A DNA stretch of 63,395 bases, filler included, from Chiloscyllium plagiosum (GCF_004010195.1; 5 parts of one record of this genome joined end to end with filler, not necessarily neighbours in it), one strand, 5' to 3'; shown: positions 1 through 12,669, counted from the first letter of the whole stretch. Notes: a model not told the origin generated them from the letters alone. Translations and numbers: made by a program.

Positions 1-683
1 GTCAGAGAAGAACACCGGCTTGATGTCGGTGGATCTGACCGAGAGCGTTCGGGACACAAACAGGTAATCTATCCTTAAGCGGATAGATCCGTCTGCCCGT
101 GACCAGGTGTATCTACGCTGCGCTCCATCTGCAGGGGCGCTGAAGACGTCTTGCAGCTTGGCATCTTTTACCGTGTCCATCAGGGCTCTGGACGTGGCGT
201 CCAGTTTACTGTCCCCCCCCCGCCGGATCGTCCTTCTGCATCAATGATGCTGTTGAAGTCGCCGGCTAGAATGACCGACCTGGACGTAGCCAGCCACAGT
301 GGAAGCTGCTGCAGGACGGCCAACCGTTCACTCTTACCCGCTGGGGCGTACACGTTGATTAGTCTCACAGGAGCGTTTCTGTATGTAACATCAGCAACGA
401 GGAGGCGCCCGCCCACCACCACCTTAACCTCGGAGATGGTGAAGTTGCCTCCCCGTAACAGAATACCCAGGCCCGAGGAGCGGTTATCGTTGCCCCCCGA
501 CCACACTGACGGCCCATGGGCCCACAAGCTCGACCATCTCCTGTAACTGCTGAGGTGCAGTATCCCACACTCCTGCAGAAACAGCACATCGGCTTTCACG
601 TTGGTCAGGAAGGCCAGTGTTGAAACACTTCGCGCAGCAGATTTTATGCTGCGCACATTAATAATTGCAATTTTAAACCCCAT
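1..683 (-). pseudogene. Tx1-like ORF2 apurinic-like endonuclease domain, frameshifted in a G homopolymer
   Basis: ATG at 683 (minus); N, QE, YAP, GDFN, RIDY and SD(H) motifs; one frame change at the poly-G (could be a homopolymer sequencing error). Confidence 0.85.
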
Positions 684-1232
684 TTTGATAACAAGTTGTA
701 AGGTTACCCATTGTCGCTGGTCCTGCTCCTCTGGGGTAGCTGACTGCATCCCCATGCAGAACACAAACTGCTGGACCCTCGCAGGGCTGAGGTAGCTGTC
801 CAGTTCCTCACTCGGCCCATTTGCCCGCTTCGGTGTCATCGGGCCGAGACCAGGGTCCATGCTGCCTGTTTCTATATCTGACAGCGGGGCTGTCAGAGGG
901 TCGCTGCTCCCAATGACCTGGAGCTGTGTGGCAGCGGGGCCCTCCTGGCTTTCACCTGGTAGGGGGTGGTGGTTTCCCATTTCCTCAGGAGGTTCGTCCC
1001 TTGGTTGGCAGTTGCTGCTCTCCTTTCTCCTCGCAGCGCTCTGCCTCTTCTTTTGGTGACGACCCTCCTTACGTCCGTCCTCACCCTCCGAAGAGCTGTC
1101 CGTGTCTTCCACCTGCAGCTGCCTTTTCCCCTTTTTCTGGGAGGTCTTGGTGACCGGGTTGGTTTTCCTCTTCCTGTTTTGCACCACGTTCCATTCCTCT
1201 GCCTCCTTCTTTCCCTTCTCCGCCTCCTCCCA
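1..1232 (-). mobile_element. Tx1/L1-clade non-LTR retrotransposon, 5'-truncated (ORF1 C-terminal low-complexity region + ORF2 APE endonuclease), runs off window start
   Basis: Minus ORF 180..1256 contains MGFKIAIINVRSIK...DVLFLQEC...LINVYAP...VILAGDFN (APE motifs). After a frameshift in the G-run near 213-221 it continues DSKLDATSRALMDTVKDAKLQDVF...YTWSRADGSIRLRIDYLFVS...PVFFSD. GC/CpG-rich, suggesting a relatively young copy. Confidence 0.9.
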
Positions 1233-1752
1233 AGTTAATCTGAGCCACAAGCTCATTTACCTTATTTCTTATAACGCTTCCATTCAGATACAATACCTTC
1301 AGTCCTGTTTAACCATCCCACTTCTCGTTGGCATTGACTTACCCAGTGTGTTTGAAGTTTGATTTTTAACCCTGTCCAAAATCTCTGTCCTATTTTGTGC
1401 ACTGGAGACTTTAATAACCTCTCCTGAGTTTTCCTTTCTTTTCACTTTTTTCATACTGTTCCATGCAGTTGAATCCACCCTAACAGATTTTAACCTACTG
1501 CTTTGTTTCCCATTGGCTATTATAATCTTGTTGTTTTCCCTTTCCCTTCCCCCCAGTTTTCTAGTTTAAAGTCCTGTTGACCACCCTATTTACCCTTTTC
1601 ACTAGGACATTGGTCCCAGCCTGGTTCAGGTGGACAATATCCTGAAAGTACAGCTCCCTCCTGTTGCAATACTGATGCCATTTTCCCATGAAAGGTAACC
1701 CCTCTTTCCTGCACCGTTCTTTTAGTCACATGTTTACTTCCCTTATTCTTGT
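1233..1752 (-). mobile_element. CR1 LINE fragment (end of ORF1 esterase, spacer, start of ORF2 endonuclease), interrupted by the Tx1 insertion
   Basis: Minus translations ...ELYFQDIVHLNQAGTNVLVKRVNRVVNRTLN* (SGNH DxxH block) and GLKVLYLNGSVIRNKVNELVAQIN (CR1 ORF2 N-terminus). Confidence 0.8.
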
Positions 1753-2107
1753 GTCATGTGACATTGCATAAAATTCTAAATAAAGTATAATTCATAAAAC
1801 AGAATGTTGGTATGGTGAAGGATTCCTCTCTTCTGACTGTCTGCTTATAACACTTGACATCTTGACAGTTTTTAATTCATTCATGTTGCAAGGTTATTAG
1901 GACATATTTGAAAATTATGCAAAGCACGTTTAAGAGGACACAGAAAGAGGATAAAATTGCTCTCATATTAGAGCTAGCACATACCATGTTCAGTTCTTGT
2001 TTTATTCTTAGTATGATTATGACAGTGATCCTTGAGGGGTGAATGGGTTCAGTGTATTTATTTAGGCTAATCTGGGATTAATGTTTACTTTTTAAATTGT
2101 TTAGGTT

Positions 2108-2427
2108 TTAGATTAGATTAGATTAGATTACTTACAGTGTGGAAACAGGCCCTTCGGCCCAACAAGTCCACACCGACCCGCCGAAACGCAACCCACCCAT
2201 ACCCCTACATTTACCCCTCACCTAACACTACGGGCAATTTAGCATGGCCAATTCACCTAACCTGCACATCTTTGGACTGTGGGAGGAAACCGGAGCACCG
2301 GAGGAAACCCACGCAGACACGGGGAGAACGTGCAAACTCCACACAGTCAGTCGCCTGAGGCGGTTATTGAACCCGGGTCTCTGGCGCTGTGAGGCAGCAG
2401 TGCTAAGCACTGTGCCACCGTGCCACC
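2108..2427 (-). mobile_element. tRNA-derived SINE, HE1/V-SINE type, near full length, with (TCTAA)n tail
   Basis: Minus strand starts GGTGGCACGGTGGCACAGTGCTTAGCAC (A box) ... GGGTTCAAT (B box), then the V-domain GTGTGGAGTTTGCACGTTCTCCCCGTGTCTGCGTGGGTTTCCTCCGG and a CR1-like 3' end with microsatellite. Confidence 0.9.
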
Positions 2428-3440
2428 GTCTTCTTAAGAAATAATTCATTTTCAGCCAAGATGGCTAGATTTTACAGGAAACTGTGTTCCCTCTCTACCC
2501 CAAACAAAACATTGGTTTTCAACCTACCTATCTGAATCCTGGATGTCAAGTAGTGGTATCCTTAATTGCTTCTACCACCATCTCAGGGATCAAATTATCT
2601 CTGTGGCCTCATCAGTATTTGTCCCCAAGGAAGATGATTGATGGAGCACGGTCTTAAAGGTAAGATTGGGATTTTAGACAGGTCTGACTGGGCAATGTCA
2701 GGACATGGAGGGGTGAGGCTGAATTTGAATGGCGGGGTATCTGCCAAAGAATGAAAAGTGGAGGTTGGGGACGAATTTTGGAGGGGATGGGTACAGATGA
2801 CAATATCCCCTCCACTTTCTGGCTGACATTAACCAGGTTGCAAATGCAATCACATTACCTACCTTGCCTCCACCTTGCCTTATTGCTTATGAAATAGTGA
2901 CAGAAGATCACTGTGGGAGGGGACTAAGCACCCTAAACATGCCACTGAAGGACTGTGTCATTGTCCATAGCTGGGTGATTCTCTACATTTCCATGTTTTC
3001 CCAGTAAAATGCAATTGAACCAGACTGGTGGATATGAAATGGTGATGAATAGATAATTAACTCAATGAACATCATGAACAGTATATCAAACACACTTATT
3101 GCATTTTACCCTATTTTAGAAAAAAAATGCACTGCGTAATCGTGACCCTCATTTGTGCTAAAAAGCGATTTTTGAGTGTAATGAATGACATGTTTGTTCT
3201 CTACTGATTGCAAAATCTAGATCATTTTTAAAATTTATTCCTTCATGGGACATGGGTGTCTCTGGAGAGGCAAACATTTATTTCTGATGTTGGTTCCATT
3301 GAGAATGTAATGGTGAGCCAACTTATTGGACCACTGCAATCCATAGGTAAAAACAATGACTGCAGATGCTGGAAACCAGATTCTGGATTAGTGGTGCTGG
3401 AAGAGCACAGCAGTTCAGGCAACATCCGAGGAGCAGTAAA

Positions 3441-3476
3441 ATCAATGTTTCGGGCAAAAGCCCTTCATCAGGAATA
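3441..3476 (-). ncRNA. Degenerate minimal hammerhead ribozyme (PLE pLTR)
   Basis: UAUUC CUGAUGA A GGGC UUUU GCCC GAAA CAUU GAU; the ACGUC segment has decayed to ACAUU. Confidence 0.65.
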
Positions 3477-3742
3477 CAGGCAGAGAGCCTGAAGGGTGGA
3501 TTGTGGTTGAAGAGCTTCAGGGCAGAGGAAATGACCTGGGAGTTGCAGTGGGAGAGGGACTCCCTGATATTCTTGTAGAGAGAGGAGGAAAATTCTTCAA
3601 GGTAGGCATCCTTGCAAGAGGATTCGCAGTAGGGTTAAAATCAACTAGGTAAAGACAATGACTGCAGATAAGGGAAACCAGATTCTGAATTAGTTGTGCT
3701 GGAAGAGCACAGCAGTTCAGGCAGCATCCGAGGAACAGTATA

Positions 3743-3778
3743 ATCGACATTTTGGGCAAAAGCCCTTCATCAGGAATA
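3743..3778 (-). ncRNA. Degenerate minimal hammerhead ribozyme (PLE pLTR)
   Basis: CUGAUGA A GGGC UUUU GCCC AAAA UGUC GAU; core GAAA mutated to AAAA. Confidence 0.6.
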
Positions 3779-4245
3779 CAGACAGACAGCCTGAAGAGTG
3801 GAGAGCTGAGTGAGAGGAGGGTGGGAGTGGGGAGAAAGTAGCATAGAGTACAATTGGCGAAAGTACACTTACAGTGCTGTTAGGAAGGATGCTCCATGAA
3901 TTTGTCCCACCAACGGAAATATAGCTAACATGTCAAGCTGATGTATTGACTTGGACTGAAACTTACAAGTGTTGGTGTTTCCAAAAATCTGCTTTGTCCT
4001 TCTAGGTGGCAGAGGTTATGAGTTTGGAAGGAGACTTGGTGAATTGTTACAGTGCATCTTGTAAATGATATATGCTGTTGTTAATGTGCATTAGTGGTGA
4101 ATAGGACATCAATGAAGCAAGTTGCTTTGTTTTGGATATTTTAAAGCTTCTTGAATATTGTTGGAGCTGTACTCATTCAGATAATTGGAGAGTTTTCTAT
4201 TACATTCTTGAATTATGCCTTGTAGATGGTGGAACAAGCTTTATG

Positions 4246-4620
4246 GAGTCATAGAGTCATATAGCCTGGAAACAGGTCCTTGTGCCTAATTTGCCTATGT
4301 TTCCAGTTCTTACAATTTAAACTAGTCCCAGTTGCCTGCACTTGGTCCATATCCCTTCATACCTATCTAATCCATGTACCTGTGTACATGTTTCTTAAAT
4401 AACAAAACTGTACTTGCTTCCACCATTACCTCTGGCAGCTCGCTCCAGACACTCACCACACTCTGAAAACATTGTCCCTCTGGATCCTTTTGTATCCCTT
4501 CCCTCGCACCTTATACCTATGCCCTCTAGTCTTAGACTCCCGTACCCATGGGGAAAGCTGCTGGTTATCTATCTTATCTATGCCTCTCATGAATTTATAG
4601 ACCACCATAAGATCACCCCA
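4246..4620 (-). mobile_element. CR1 LINE 3' fragment
   Basis: GAGTCATAGAGTCATA tail followed by the reverse complement of the CR1 ORF2 C-terminus/3'UTR. Confidence 0.75.
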
Positions 4621-4631
4621 TAGTTGTTAGT

Positions 4632-5175
4632 GAGGGCACAGCTGGAATGATGTGTGCAGTTCTGGAAACCACATTCTCAGAGGAATGTGATTGCAGTGGA
4701 GAAAGTGCAGAAGAGATTTACTAGAATGTTGCCTGAGCTGGAGAGTTCAGCGATGAAGACAGATTGGACAGACGGAATGCTCCTTAGAGCAGAGTAGATT
4801 GAGGGGATAGGATTGAAATGTATAAAGTTATGAGGGAAACAGATTGGGTAGACAGGAAGAAACGTTTTCCCTTGATGGAGGGATCAATGTTCAGAGGACA
4901 CATGTTTAAGGAAAGGGGCAGAAGGTTTAGAGGAGATGTAAAGAAAACCTTTCTCACCCAGAGCGTGGTAGGAATCCGGAAAACATTTGCTGGAAGAATG
5001 ATAGATGTAGAAACCATTGTAACATTTAAGAAGTATTTTGATGTGAACTTATGATGCCAAGGCATACAAGGCTATGGTGTGGAAAAATGGAATTAGAATA
5101 GATAGGTTGGTGTTTTTGCCTGGCAGAGACACAATGGGCCGAAGGGCCTTTTTCTGTACTGTAAATTTTTATGAT
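4632..5175 (+). mobile_element. CR1 LINE 3' fragment (end of RT + 3'UTR)
   Basis: ORF 4818..5054 MYKVMRETDWVDRKKRFP...RGHMFKERGRRFRGDVKKTFLTQSVVGI; 3'UTR hairpin ATGGGCCGAAGGGCCT. Confidence 0.85.
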
Positions 5176-5810
5176 TCAGGAGACATGTTATTCAGCACAG
5201 CATTCTCGGCATCTGATCTGCTCTTGTAACTACTGTATTTATATGCCTGCACCCGTTCATTCCTGGTCAATAATAACCCTCAAAGATTTTGATTATGTGG
5301 ACATCACTAATGGTAATCACATAACGAAGGGTTCAGTGATGGCAAATTGCGTAAAACAGTTTTGTGTTTAAAAAAAAACACAGGAAACTTGTGAAAATTA
5401 ATTAATTTGCAGGAAGAAACCCCTGTATTAGCATTATTGGAAGCATGCATGGTAATCAACATCTTTACTGCAGCATTAGTATTTAATAGCATTGATTCCA
5501 GTAATAATGCATGGGTATGGTGCTACTTAGAATAGTGTACTGATAAACTCAAATAAATTGTACTGCAAATAAATTGTACCTAATGATTAAACTCACCATG
5601 TTTCAAATCATGGGAAGAGGGTTGTAGAGACCTTGAGCCTGGAGGGAATGCAGTCAGTCCAATTCATTTTGATTTGTTATAATATAAAGTCCTGTGCTTC
5701 CACTTTATTTCCTAAGTACTGTTGAATTGTTTGTTTTAGGATTTAAACTGTTGACTTTTAAAAAGTACTAATGAATCTGGTTGAATCATCTTTACAAGCA
5801 ATGCATTGCT

Positions 5811-6048
5811 TTGGATGTAGGTTTGCTCGCTGAGCTGAAAGGTTCATTTCCAGACGTTTCGTTACCTTACCAGGTAACATCTTTAATATTTCCCATTTTT
5901 GGGCCAGTTTTAGCATTTTGTGCCCATAGGTCTTAGCGAGTTTTGAGAAGATTTGTAGCTCAGGTTGAGGCTTTGGATATAGGTTTGCTTGCTGAGCTGA
6001 AAGGTTCATTTCCAGACATTTCATTATCTTACTAGGTAACATCATGGT
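5811..6048 (-). mobile_element. Two PLE pLTR-end fragments with degenerate hammerheads (GUUACC stem II family)
   Basis: Direct copies at 5811-5887 and 5935-6048; minus strand UUAAAGA U GUUACC UGGUAA GGUAAC GAAA CGUC UGG. Only the second copy carries the tail CTCAACCTGAGCTACAAATCTTCTCAAAACTCGCT. Confidence 0.75.
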
Positions 6049-8836
6049 GATTAGAAATCGCAGCTTAAAAATATTTCTCCTCATATTTCATTTAATCATT
6101 TATTTTCAGTCCATGTTTATTGCTTCCAAACTCTGTCAAGAAAAATGTTTCTTCCTAACAACTCTCAAAACCACACATAATGCTGACATTCATTAAATCT
6201 TCCTTCAGTACTCTTCTGCCAGGTTTTTAATCATTGCTGGGGTCTTCCGCATTCATCAAGACAGGGTCCTCTGGAAAATCCTGAGGAGGGTGAGGAACTG
6301 GAAGAAGACAATTCAGTAAGGGAAGAGTAGGACGAATGCAAACAGGAGAAAGTGAAGGCAAAATTAACTTATGATCAATGGAAAAGTGCCCCTGTTGCGA
6401 GAAGAGCTGGGTCTTCTTCCCCTATCGACTGGAAATATCATCCCTCCTCTCCCACAGGGCCTGTAGTATTAGGTCTATGCTGGCATTGATGAAGAAGGAC
6501 AGTGAACAGAGCATCAAGATGCTTACTGATTGAGAGGATGTCAGGAATTAGCGAGAAGGAGGCATCAAGCTAATACAAGGACTTAGGATGGCAGGGCCAA
6601 AAATCAGGATTAGGAGGGAGATTTTCAGTACCAAGATGAGGAAGTAGTGACGTGGGCTGAGGAGGGTCTGGTATTCAGACAGAAATGTGTGTCTTCCTAT
6701 ATTATGCTCACATTATTCCTTTCTATGTTAATTGCTTCGAATTTTACAAGCTAATACCTTTTCAGCTTGAAATTTCATAGGTGGTTGGTTTTAACTCGTA
6801 CAGTTTCCAGTTAAAAGAATCAGTGCTCCAGCCACATGCTAACTGGTTCCATTTATTTCGAAAAGTTCTTACTTGCCTGCCATCTTGTTTCCGTAGAAGT
6901 CAATTGGTTCCAGTAAAATTGAAATGAAGTTGAAGTTAACTGGACATCAGAACCATTTCCTGTGGTTCGTGCCTGCTATCCCAGCTATTCTTGGCCTAAC
7001 TAACTTCAACTGCTACATCAATGACTCTCCTCCATCATGAGGTCAGCAGGGCATCTGTTTGCTGATGACTGTGCAATGTGCAATACCATTTGCAATATCT
7101 CTGATAATGAAACAGGCGATGCACAAATACAGAAGAGTTAGATAACATTCAGGGTTGGGGCTTTTAAATTGCAAGTTACATTAGCATCAGGCAAGTGCCA
7201 ATCAATGGCCAGTCAGACTGCATTAATTTGAGAAGACATATAAGGGCCTTTTGAAGGACAACCAAGGATACACAATCAATGTGATCTTGTCAGAGATGAC
7301 TGAATTTTTAAAGAACAGTAACTCACAACTTTGGCATAAATGCTTTCAAAGATTAAACGTTTCTTGCCTGGTATATAATTGTCACAAATGATTATAAATA
7401 CTCTGTACCTTTTGTACCAGATGATATTCAGAGGTTATTATTTACAAAGGTGTGCACATCAGGTTTTATATCAGTGGGTTTCCTTTGTTTCAATATATTT
7501 GTTGTCTTGGTAACACTCTCTTACATGATATGCTCAAGACTTAGATTAATTCATAATTTCAATATTTGGACAATAATATTAATGTTTTCTATCACCACTG
7601 GCATACTTTCATTGTCTTAAATTGATGGTTATGTTAATGTTCCTTTGCATTCCTGTTGTTTCATGGTCCCTGAAATTTATCAGTTGACCATTACTCTGAG
7701 AAGAGATTACTTTTCAATAAATGTCTCTTTAATTTAATTTAATTCAACATGGGTTTATAACTATAATTTCGAAAGGAACGCAACCTGGTAAATAGTAATT
7801 ATGTTAGTGGGAATTTTAGCATTGCACATCAATGTTCATCAAATTCCCTAACATACAGGTAACATTAATTATCTTATTCTATTATGTGATTATACTTACA
7901 ATTTTACATTGCACTGGATAAGATGGGGGCATTGGTGAGAGGATTATGGGAATAACTTCTTGTTACATCAGTATACCACCAAAATACAGAATTTTAATGT
8001 TAATAGTGGACTCCATGTGTTTAACAAATGCTATTAATACAAATAAAATCATATTTTAAAAACAGCCAAATAAAAAATTCCAAGCATGAATGCCTAATAA
8101 ATGAATATGATTTTCTTGAAATGTTAGTTATTATTATGAATTAATTGTGTTGTAACAAGGATTACAATCTATTTTCATAGGTGTATGCTATACTTCCTGC
8201 TTCCCTAATCTCAGCAGTCAAAGTGTGTCTTGGTGAGACAGAATCCAAACAGCCTTTTGAGAAGAAGACTTTGACATTTTTCAATTCTTGGCAGCAGGGC
8301 CTCAGTGGAAATGAAGTTCTACTCACACATCTTGTTAACCTCTTCCATGCACCCTGTCTAAATATGGCTGAGAAGACATCAGAACATTTCTAATATAAGC
8401 TGAGATGTCAGTCAAATTTAATTACAGTTCCAGACACAAAGCTGGTGGCAGTGCTGTTAATTTCTCAGCAGGATGGTTTGCTGATTTGCATAGGTACAAT
8501 ATCTCTAGATGTGATTTGCCTTTCATTATGAAGGTCATCACACATATTCCAAACAAACACACATCATAAATTATTATCTACATATCAATAACAGCATGAA
8601 ATACCTAAAAATAAAATGTATCTAAATTTGGGACTGTTCCTATGTGTTATAAACATAGACACATAGAAAATAGCAGCAGGAGTTTCACTGTTCGAGCTTG
8701 CTCTGCTGTTGAATATGTTCATGGTTGATCATCATTTCTATTTTCTCTCATGTAATTTGGTCCTTTTGGCCCGAAAAGTTATGTCTAACAATATGTAACA
8801 TTGTTATACACAATATAAATTATAAAGGATACAACT

Positions 8837-9115
8837 CATGCAGTCATAGAGTTTGACAACATGAAACATACCCTTTGGTCCAACTTGTTGACGCTGACCA
8901 GATATCCTAAACTGATCTCATCCCTTTTGACAGTAGTTGACCCATATCCTTTTAACCCCTTCCTATTCATATACCAATCCGGATGTCTTTTAAATGTTGT
9001 AATTGTACCTGCCTCTGACAACTCATTCCATACATGCACCATGCTCTGTGCGAAAAACTTGCCTCTAAGGTCCCTTTTAAATATTTCTCCTCTGAGCTTA
9101 AATCTATGCCCTCTA
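8837..9115 (-). mobile_element. CR1 LINE 3' fragment
   Basis: Minus ORF VHVWNELSEAGTITTFKRHPDWYMNRKGLKGYG, typical CR1 C-terminus. Confidence 0.85.
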
Positions 9116-9132
9116 CCTATTAGGATTGGATG

Positions 9133-9525
9133 ACTTGCCTTTATGTAGCTGCTTTCATGTAATCAGATTGTTCCAAAATACTTCACAGCTATTGAGTTCC
9201 TTTCAACTTATAATTAATGTTGTTTTGAAAGCATCAAATTTGCACAGCAACACTACACAGGTAATGAAACCAACACCTTCTTAGTTCTGTTCTGGTAGTG
9301 TTGGTAGGATAATGACAGAACAATAATCTCTTATGAGGAATCACAGGATCTTTTACATTCACATGAACTGGAAATGGCATTTCATTTTAACATCTTGCCA
9401 TAAAGACCACATTTCCAACATGGTTATTCTCTCTCAGTACTAGATGGAAGTGTCAGCGCAGGTGACATATTCATGAAGTGTGCTTTGAACCTATGATTGG
9501 CCGACTGAAAGGTAAGGGTGCAACA
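9133..9525 (-). mobile_element. Old DeuSINE/SacSINE1-like SINE relic
   Basis: Minus strand has a tRNA-like head (TCAGTCGGCCAATCATAGGTTCAAAGCAC), CTGACACTTCCATCTAGTACTGAGAGAG, GTGAATGTAAAAGATCCTGTG and GCTGTGCAAATTTG; similar pieces lie near 20590-20760, 32950-33170 and 59620-59800. Confidence 0.5.
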
Positions 9526-12500
9526 TGATTGCTGCTTGATAAACCATCAGTTACTATGTAATAATTCTTAATTCTAATGATCATCCATAGGTGATATAGG
9601 CTTCCAGGCCATTACAATTCATCTTTAAGTTGGAAAAGATAACAAAGGAGTACCTTACATTGATTTTAAGACTACATCTCAGTACTGTGATCAGAAATGG
9701 TTTATAAGCATTATTTTCTATGTGTTACTAAGATAGAAACATGAAACGAGAACCAGGTGTAGGCCATTTAGCACTTCATGCATTGTCTGCCACCACCACT
9801 AAAACCCTCTATGAGATTGCTGCCTGTAATCAATTCTAGATATTCACTTTATGTGTGACTTCTTGCTTGTATTTTCTTTGTACCATCTTGTTCTGTTGCA
9901 TATGTCTGAAAATTGTTGTGTGTGAATAATTAGCAGTCTGCTCATTCACCATTACTGTCCAGTAATGGTTGGATGTTTAATGCAATAATGATGCAGGACT
10001 AATGCATTGAGTGGTCCATGGTGCAACATGATTTATTTCCAAATGAATCTGAATGCCTCATTGATGTGTAAACTACATTCAGTGCTCTTTGCGTAGGGTA
10101 GAAATGCTGAGTCGCAGAACACAGTAGGCTCTTTTAATTGCACCAAAAACAGAAAGCACTCACTGAATGATCTATCCTCAATAGGTTGCAGCCAATATCT
10201 CAATTGACAAATTTGGGAAAATTTGTAACTTAAATTTAACTTGCTCTGAAAAAAACTTGCTTGTGTCATCAAAAATACAGCTCAGATATTTTAACAAAGT
10301 CAGTTAGTACAACTTAAGATTTCTGCAGAAGGATATCAACACTTTCCTTGTAGGCTATGTGAAAATTAACATGCTACTGTTGCCTAACACCTTTGTGCTC
10401 CCTAACCTTCAAGAAATGAATTGATTTTAAATGTTTTTTATTGCTTTCAAATCCCTCCGTGGCTTCACTTCCTTCCTGTCTTAGTCACTTCCTTCAGACC
10501 CGCAACCTTCCAATTTATCTGGACTCTTTTAATTTTGACTGTGTGAATATTCCCAAGTTTTATTGGTCATTTGGCCATTGCACTTTTAAATTTGAATGAG
10601 AATACCATCATTTTGTGTGCTGTGCAACTGCTTGTCCAGATCAGTATTGGAAGGGGTATAGCACAGGTACACCAGAATGGAAATGAGGATAAATTAATCA
10701 AATTATTAGCAAAGATGACATACATTTGCCTTGCATTCCTTGAGATTATCAGGTGATCTAACCACAGTCTTAAAAATGGGAAAATGTTTTCTTTTGTGAA
10801 AGAATACAGAATAAAAGGGTATAATTTTAAAATTAGAACCAGATTATTCGGAATCAGGAGCACTTTTTCAAAATTTAAAACATATTCTCCTGAAAAGCCA
10901 AAAAGGCAGTATCATTTTAACTTTTCAAGACTGAGCTCAATTGCGTTTTGCTAGGTTAAGGTTTGAAGCAGTGCCAGACAAGAGCAAGTATAATATGTAC
11001 AGCAGGGTTCACATTAAGATTAATAATGATTCTAATTCCTAAAAGTGATAATTTGCCATCTGGTTGTCTGCAATTTTGTGCCAATCTGTTCTGCTAGAGG
11101 TTAGAGTGCAAGAGGATTTGGCTCACAGCTGAAATTCATGTGCCTTTTGGTGTATAGAGATGAGCTAAGGAATGTGAAGAGGTTGGAGCTGATAAAGTGG
11201 AGAAAATAGTTTTAAGGTTTTTATTTAAGACTTTCTAACAGGGCAGTTGAACGGTTTAAGGTGTCAAGTTACAGTTGCCCTTATCCAGAGGTGATTTGAT
11301 GAGACTATTGATATAAGAAAGTGAGGAATACGATGCCACCCAGGGTGAGGAAGGAAGGAACCAAAAGAATACTCAATTACCTTTCTAGCTTTAACAATGT
11401 TGCATTCTTGAGAGTAAAGGAGTTGTATTCAAATCCTGTACCACCTCTCTCCACTTAGGACTTTGTGATCTTGATCTAGAATTACATTACCTTGGGATAG
11501 CCTGAGAGCTAACAGAAAGAACATTGCATGCAATGCCAGTGGTGGAAACTTGTATGCTGCCAAGCTGTGAGAAGACAGCAGATTTGTGCATATGAAGGTA
11601 AGAACTGCCACTCCTCACGCTCAATACTTCACTAACTCTTGTCATCTGTTGGAGCACAGATTGTGGAGATGCTGTGAAATCCTATATGTACCCTTGAACA
11701 TGTAAATCCCTCCATTGTACTGGCAGCAGTCTGAGGTTACATGACACCAAGCTGGATGCCAAGGTTGGATCTCTGGAACTCAATCCAAGATCGCACTATG
11801 GCTGTCGGATATTGGCTGTGCTCCAATGGAAACTGGCACATCTGTCACCAGATTTTCCCTCATGGCCAGTCCACTCATGGAGTTGATCACGACTTCTGTG
11901 ACAGAAAAGATGCGTCCCAAGCTTGAAGTAAAATTATGTTGGACAGACAAACTCACTGACAATAACAATCAGCTTCGTGGTAGATTTGGCAATGCATTAA
12001 CTACACATGTTCATCAGTATCGTCTTGAATGTTGCCCCATCAAAATGCTTCACTAAGTTTTTTGCAGAGAAGCCTGTGAGCAACTTCACCCATCAAGGAG
12101 ATGGCACCATCGCCACCCTTTTAATCAGCCCACTTGTGCCTGGTGACTTACCATGCGCTTATCCTGACTTCACACTACTCTCAAAAGTTTCTGTGGTGCA
12201 TTAATCTTCATTTGATTATTCTTAAGTGATCTTTTTGTCAGGAGTGTGACACTTTTTTCTCTCTCTCTCTTGCTCCAATCAGTGGAGAACTAGTGGGCAT
12301 TTATTGAAATTTGATTCACGTGTTTCAAACAGAAATGAGGAGTAGTTTTTCTCTCAGAAAATTGTGTGACTTTGGGACTTCCAGTCTCAGAAAGTGGTGT
12401 AGGTGAGTCATTAAATATTTTTATGGATGAGAAGGTGGATTTCAAAACACAAACAGATCATTGATAACCTTATTCAATGGTACAACAACCTCAAGAAGCC

Positions 12501-12562
12501 AAATGGTCTATGCTTGCTCTTTTTCTGTATATTTATATGTTTATACTAATCTTGTACTACAG

Positions 12563-12658
12563 ACAAAGTTAAAAATCACACAACACCAGGTTATAGTCCA
12601 ACAGGTTTAATTGGAAGCACACTAGCTTTCGGAGCGACGCTCCTTCATCAGGTGATAG
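12563..12658 (-). mobile_element. PLE pLTR end, AGCU-loop hammerhead family (tail-less)
   Basis: ACAAAGTTAAAAATCACACAACACCAGGTTATAGTCCAACAGG...; same family as the arms of 62905-63116. Confidence 0.8.
12620..12654 (-). ncRNA. Intact minimal type-I hammerhead ribozyme
   Basis: CAC CUGAUGA A GGAGC GUC GCUCC GAAA GCUA GUG: stem I CAC/GUG, 5-bp stem II, palindromic AGCU replacing stem III, CUA cleavage triplet. Confidence 0.85.
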
Positions 12659-12669
12659 TCAGCCCTGAA

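Larger units (their letters stand above)
3346..3858 (-). mobile_element. Penelope-like element: two direct pLTR ends about 302 bp apart with a short intervening segment
   Basis: Two copies of GGTAAA(A/G)ACAATGACTGCAGAT...GGGCAAAAGCCCTTCATCAGGAATAC (starting near 3346 and 3648); same family as 61195-61646 and 61747-62077. Confidence 0.85.
3238..4245 (-). mobile_element. 3' end of an older CR1/L2-group LINE family, split by the Penelope insertion at 3346-3858
   Basis: The same 3'-end sequence recurs at about 14830-15155, 46140-46330, 46895-47010 and 50620-50800 (+) and 32515-32680 (-); the two halves are collinear across the insertion. Confidence 0.6.

Noticed and set aside
2340..2427. tRNA gene (also 13300-13379)
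   Set aside because: The A/B boxes belong to SINE heads that continue into the V-domain and LINE-like tail.
8181..8393. Possible exon after TTTTCATAG acceptor (70-aa ORF)
   Set aside because: No recognisable protein similarity or convincing donor in frame.
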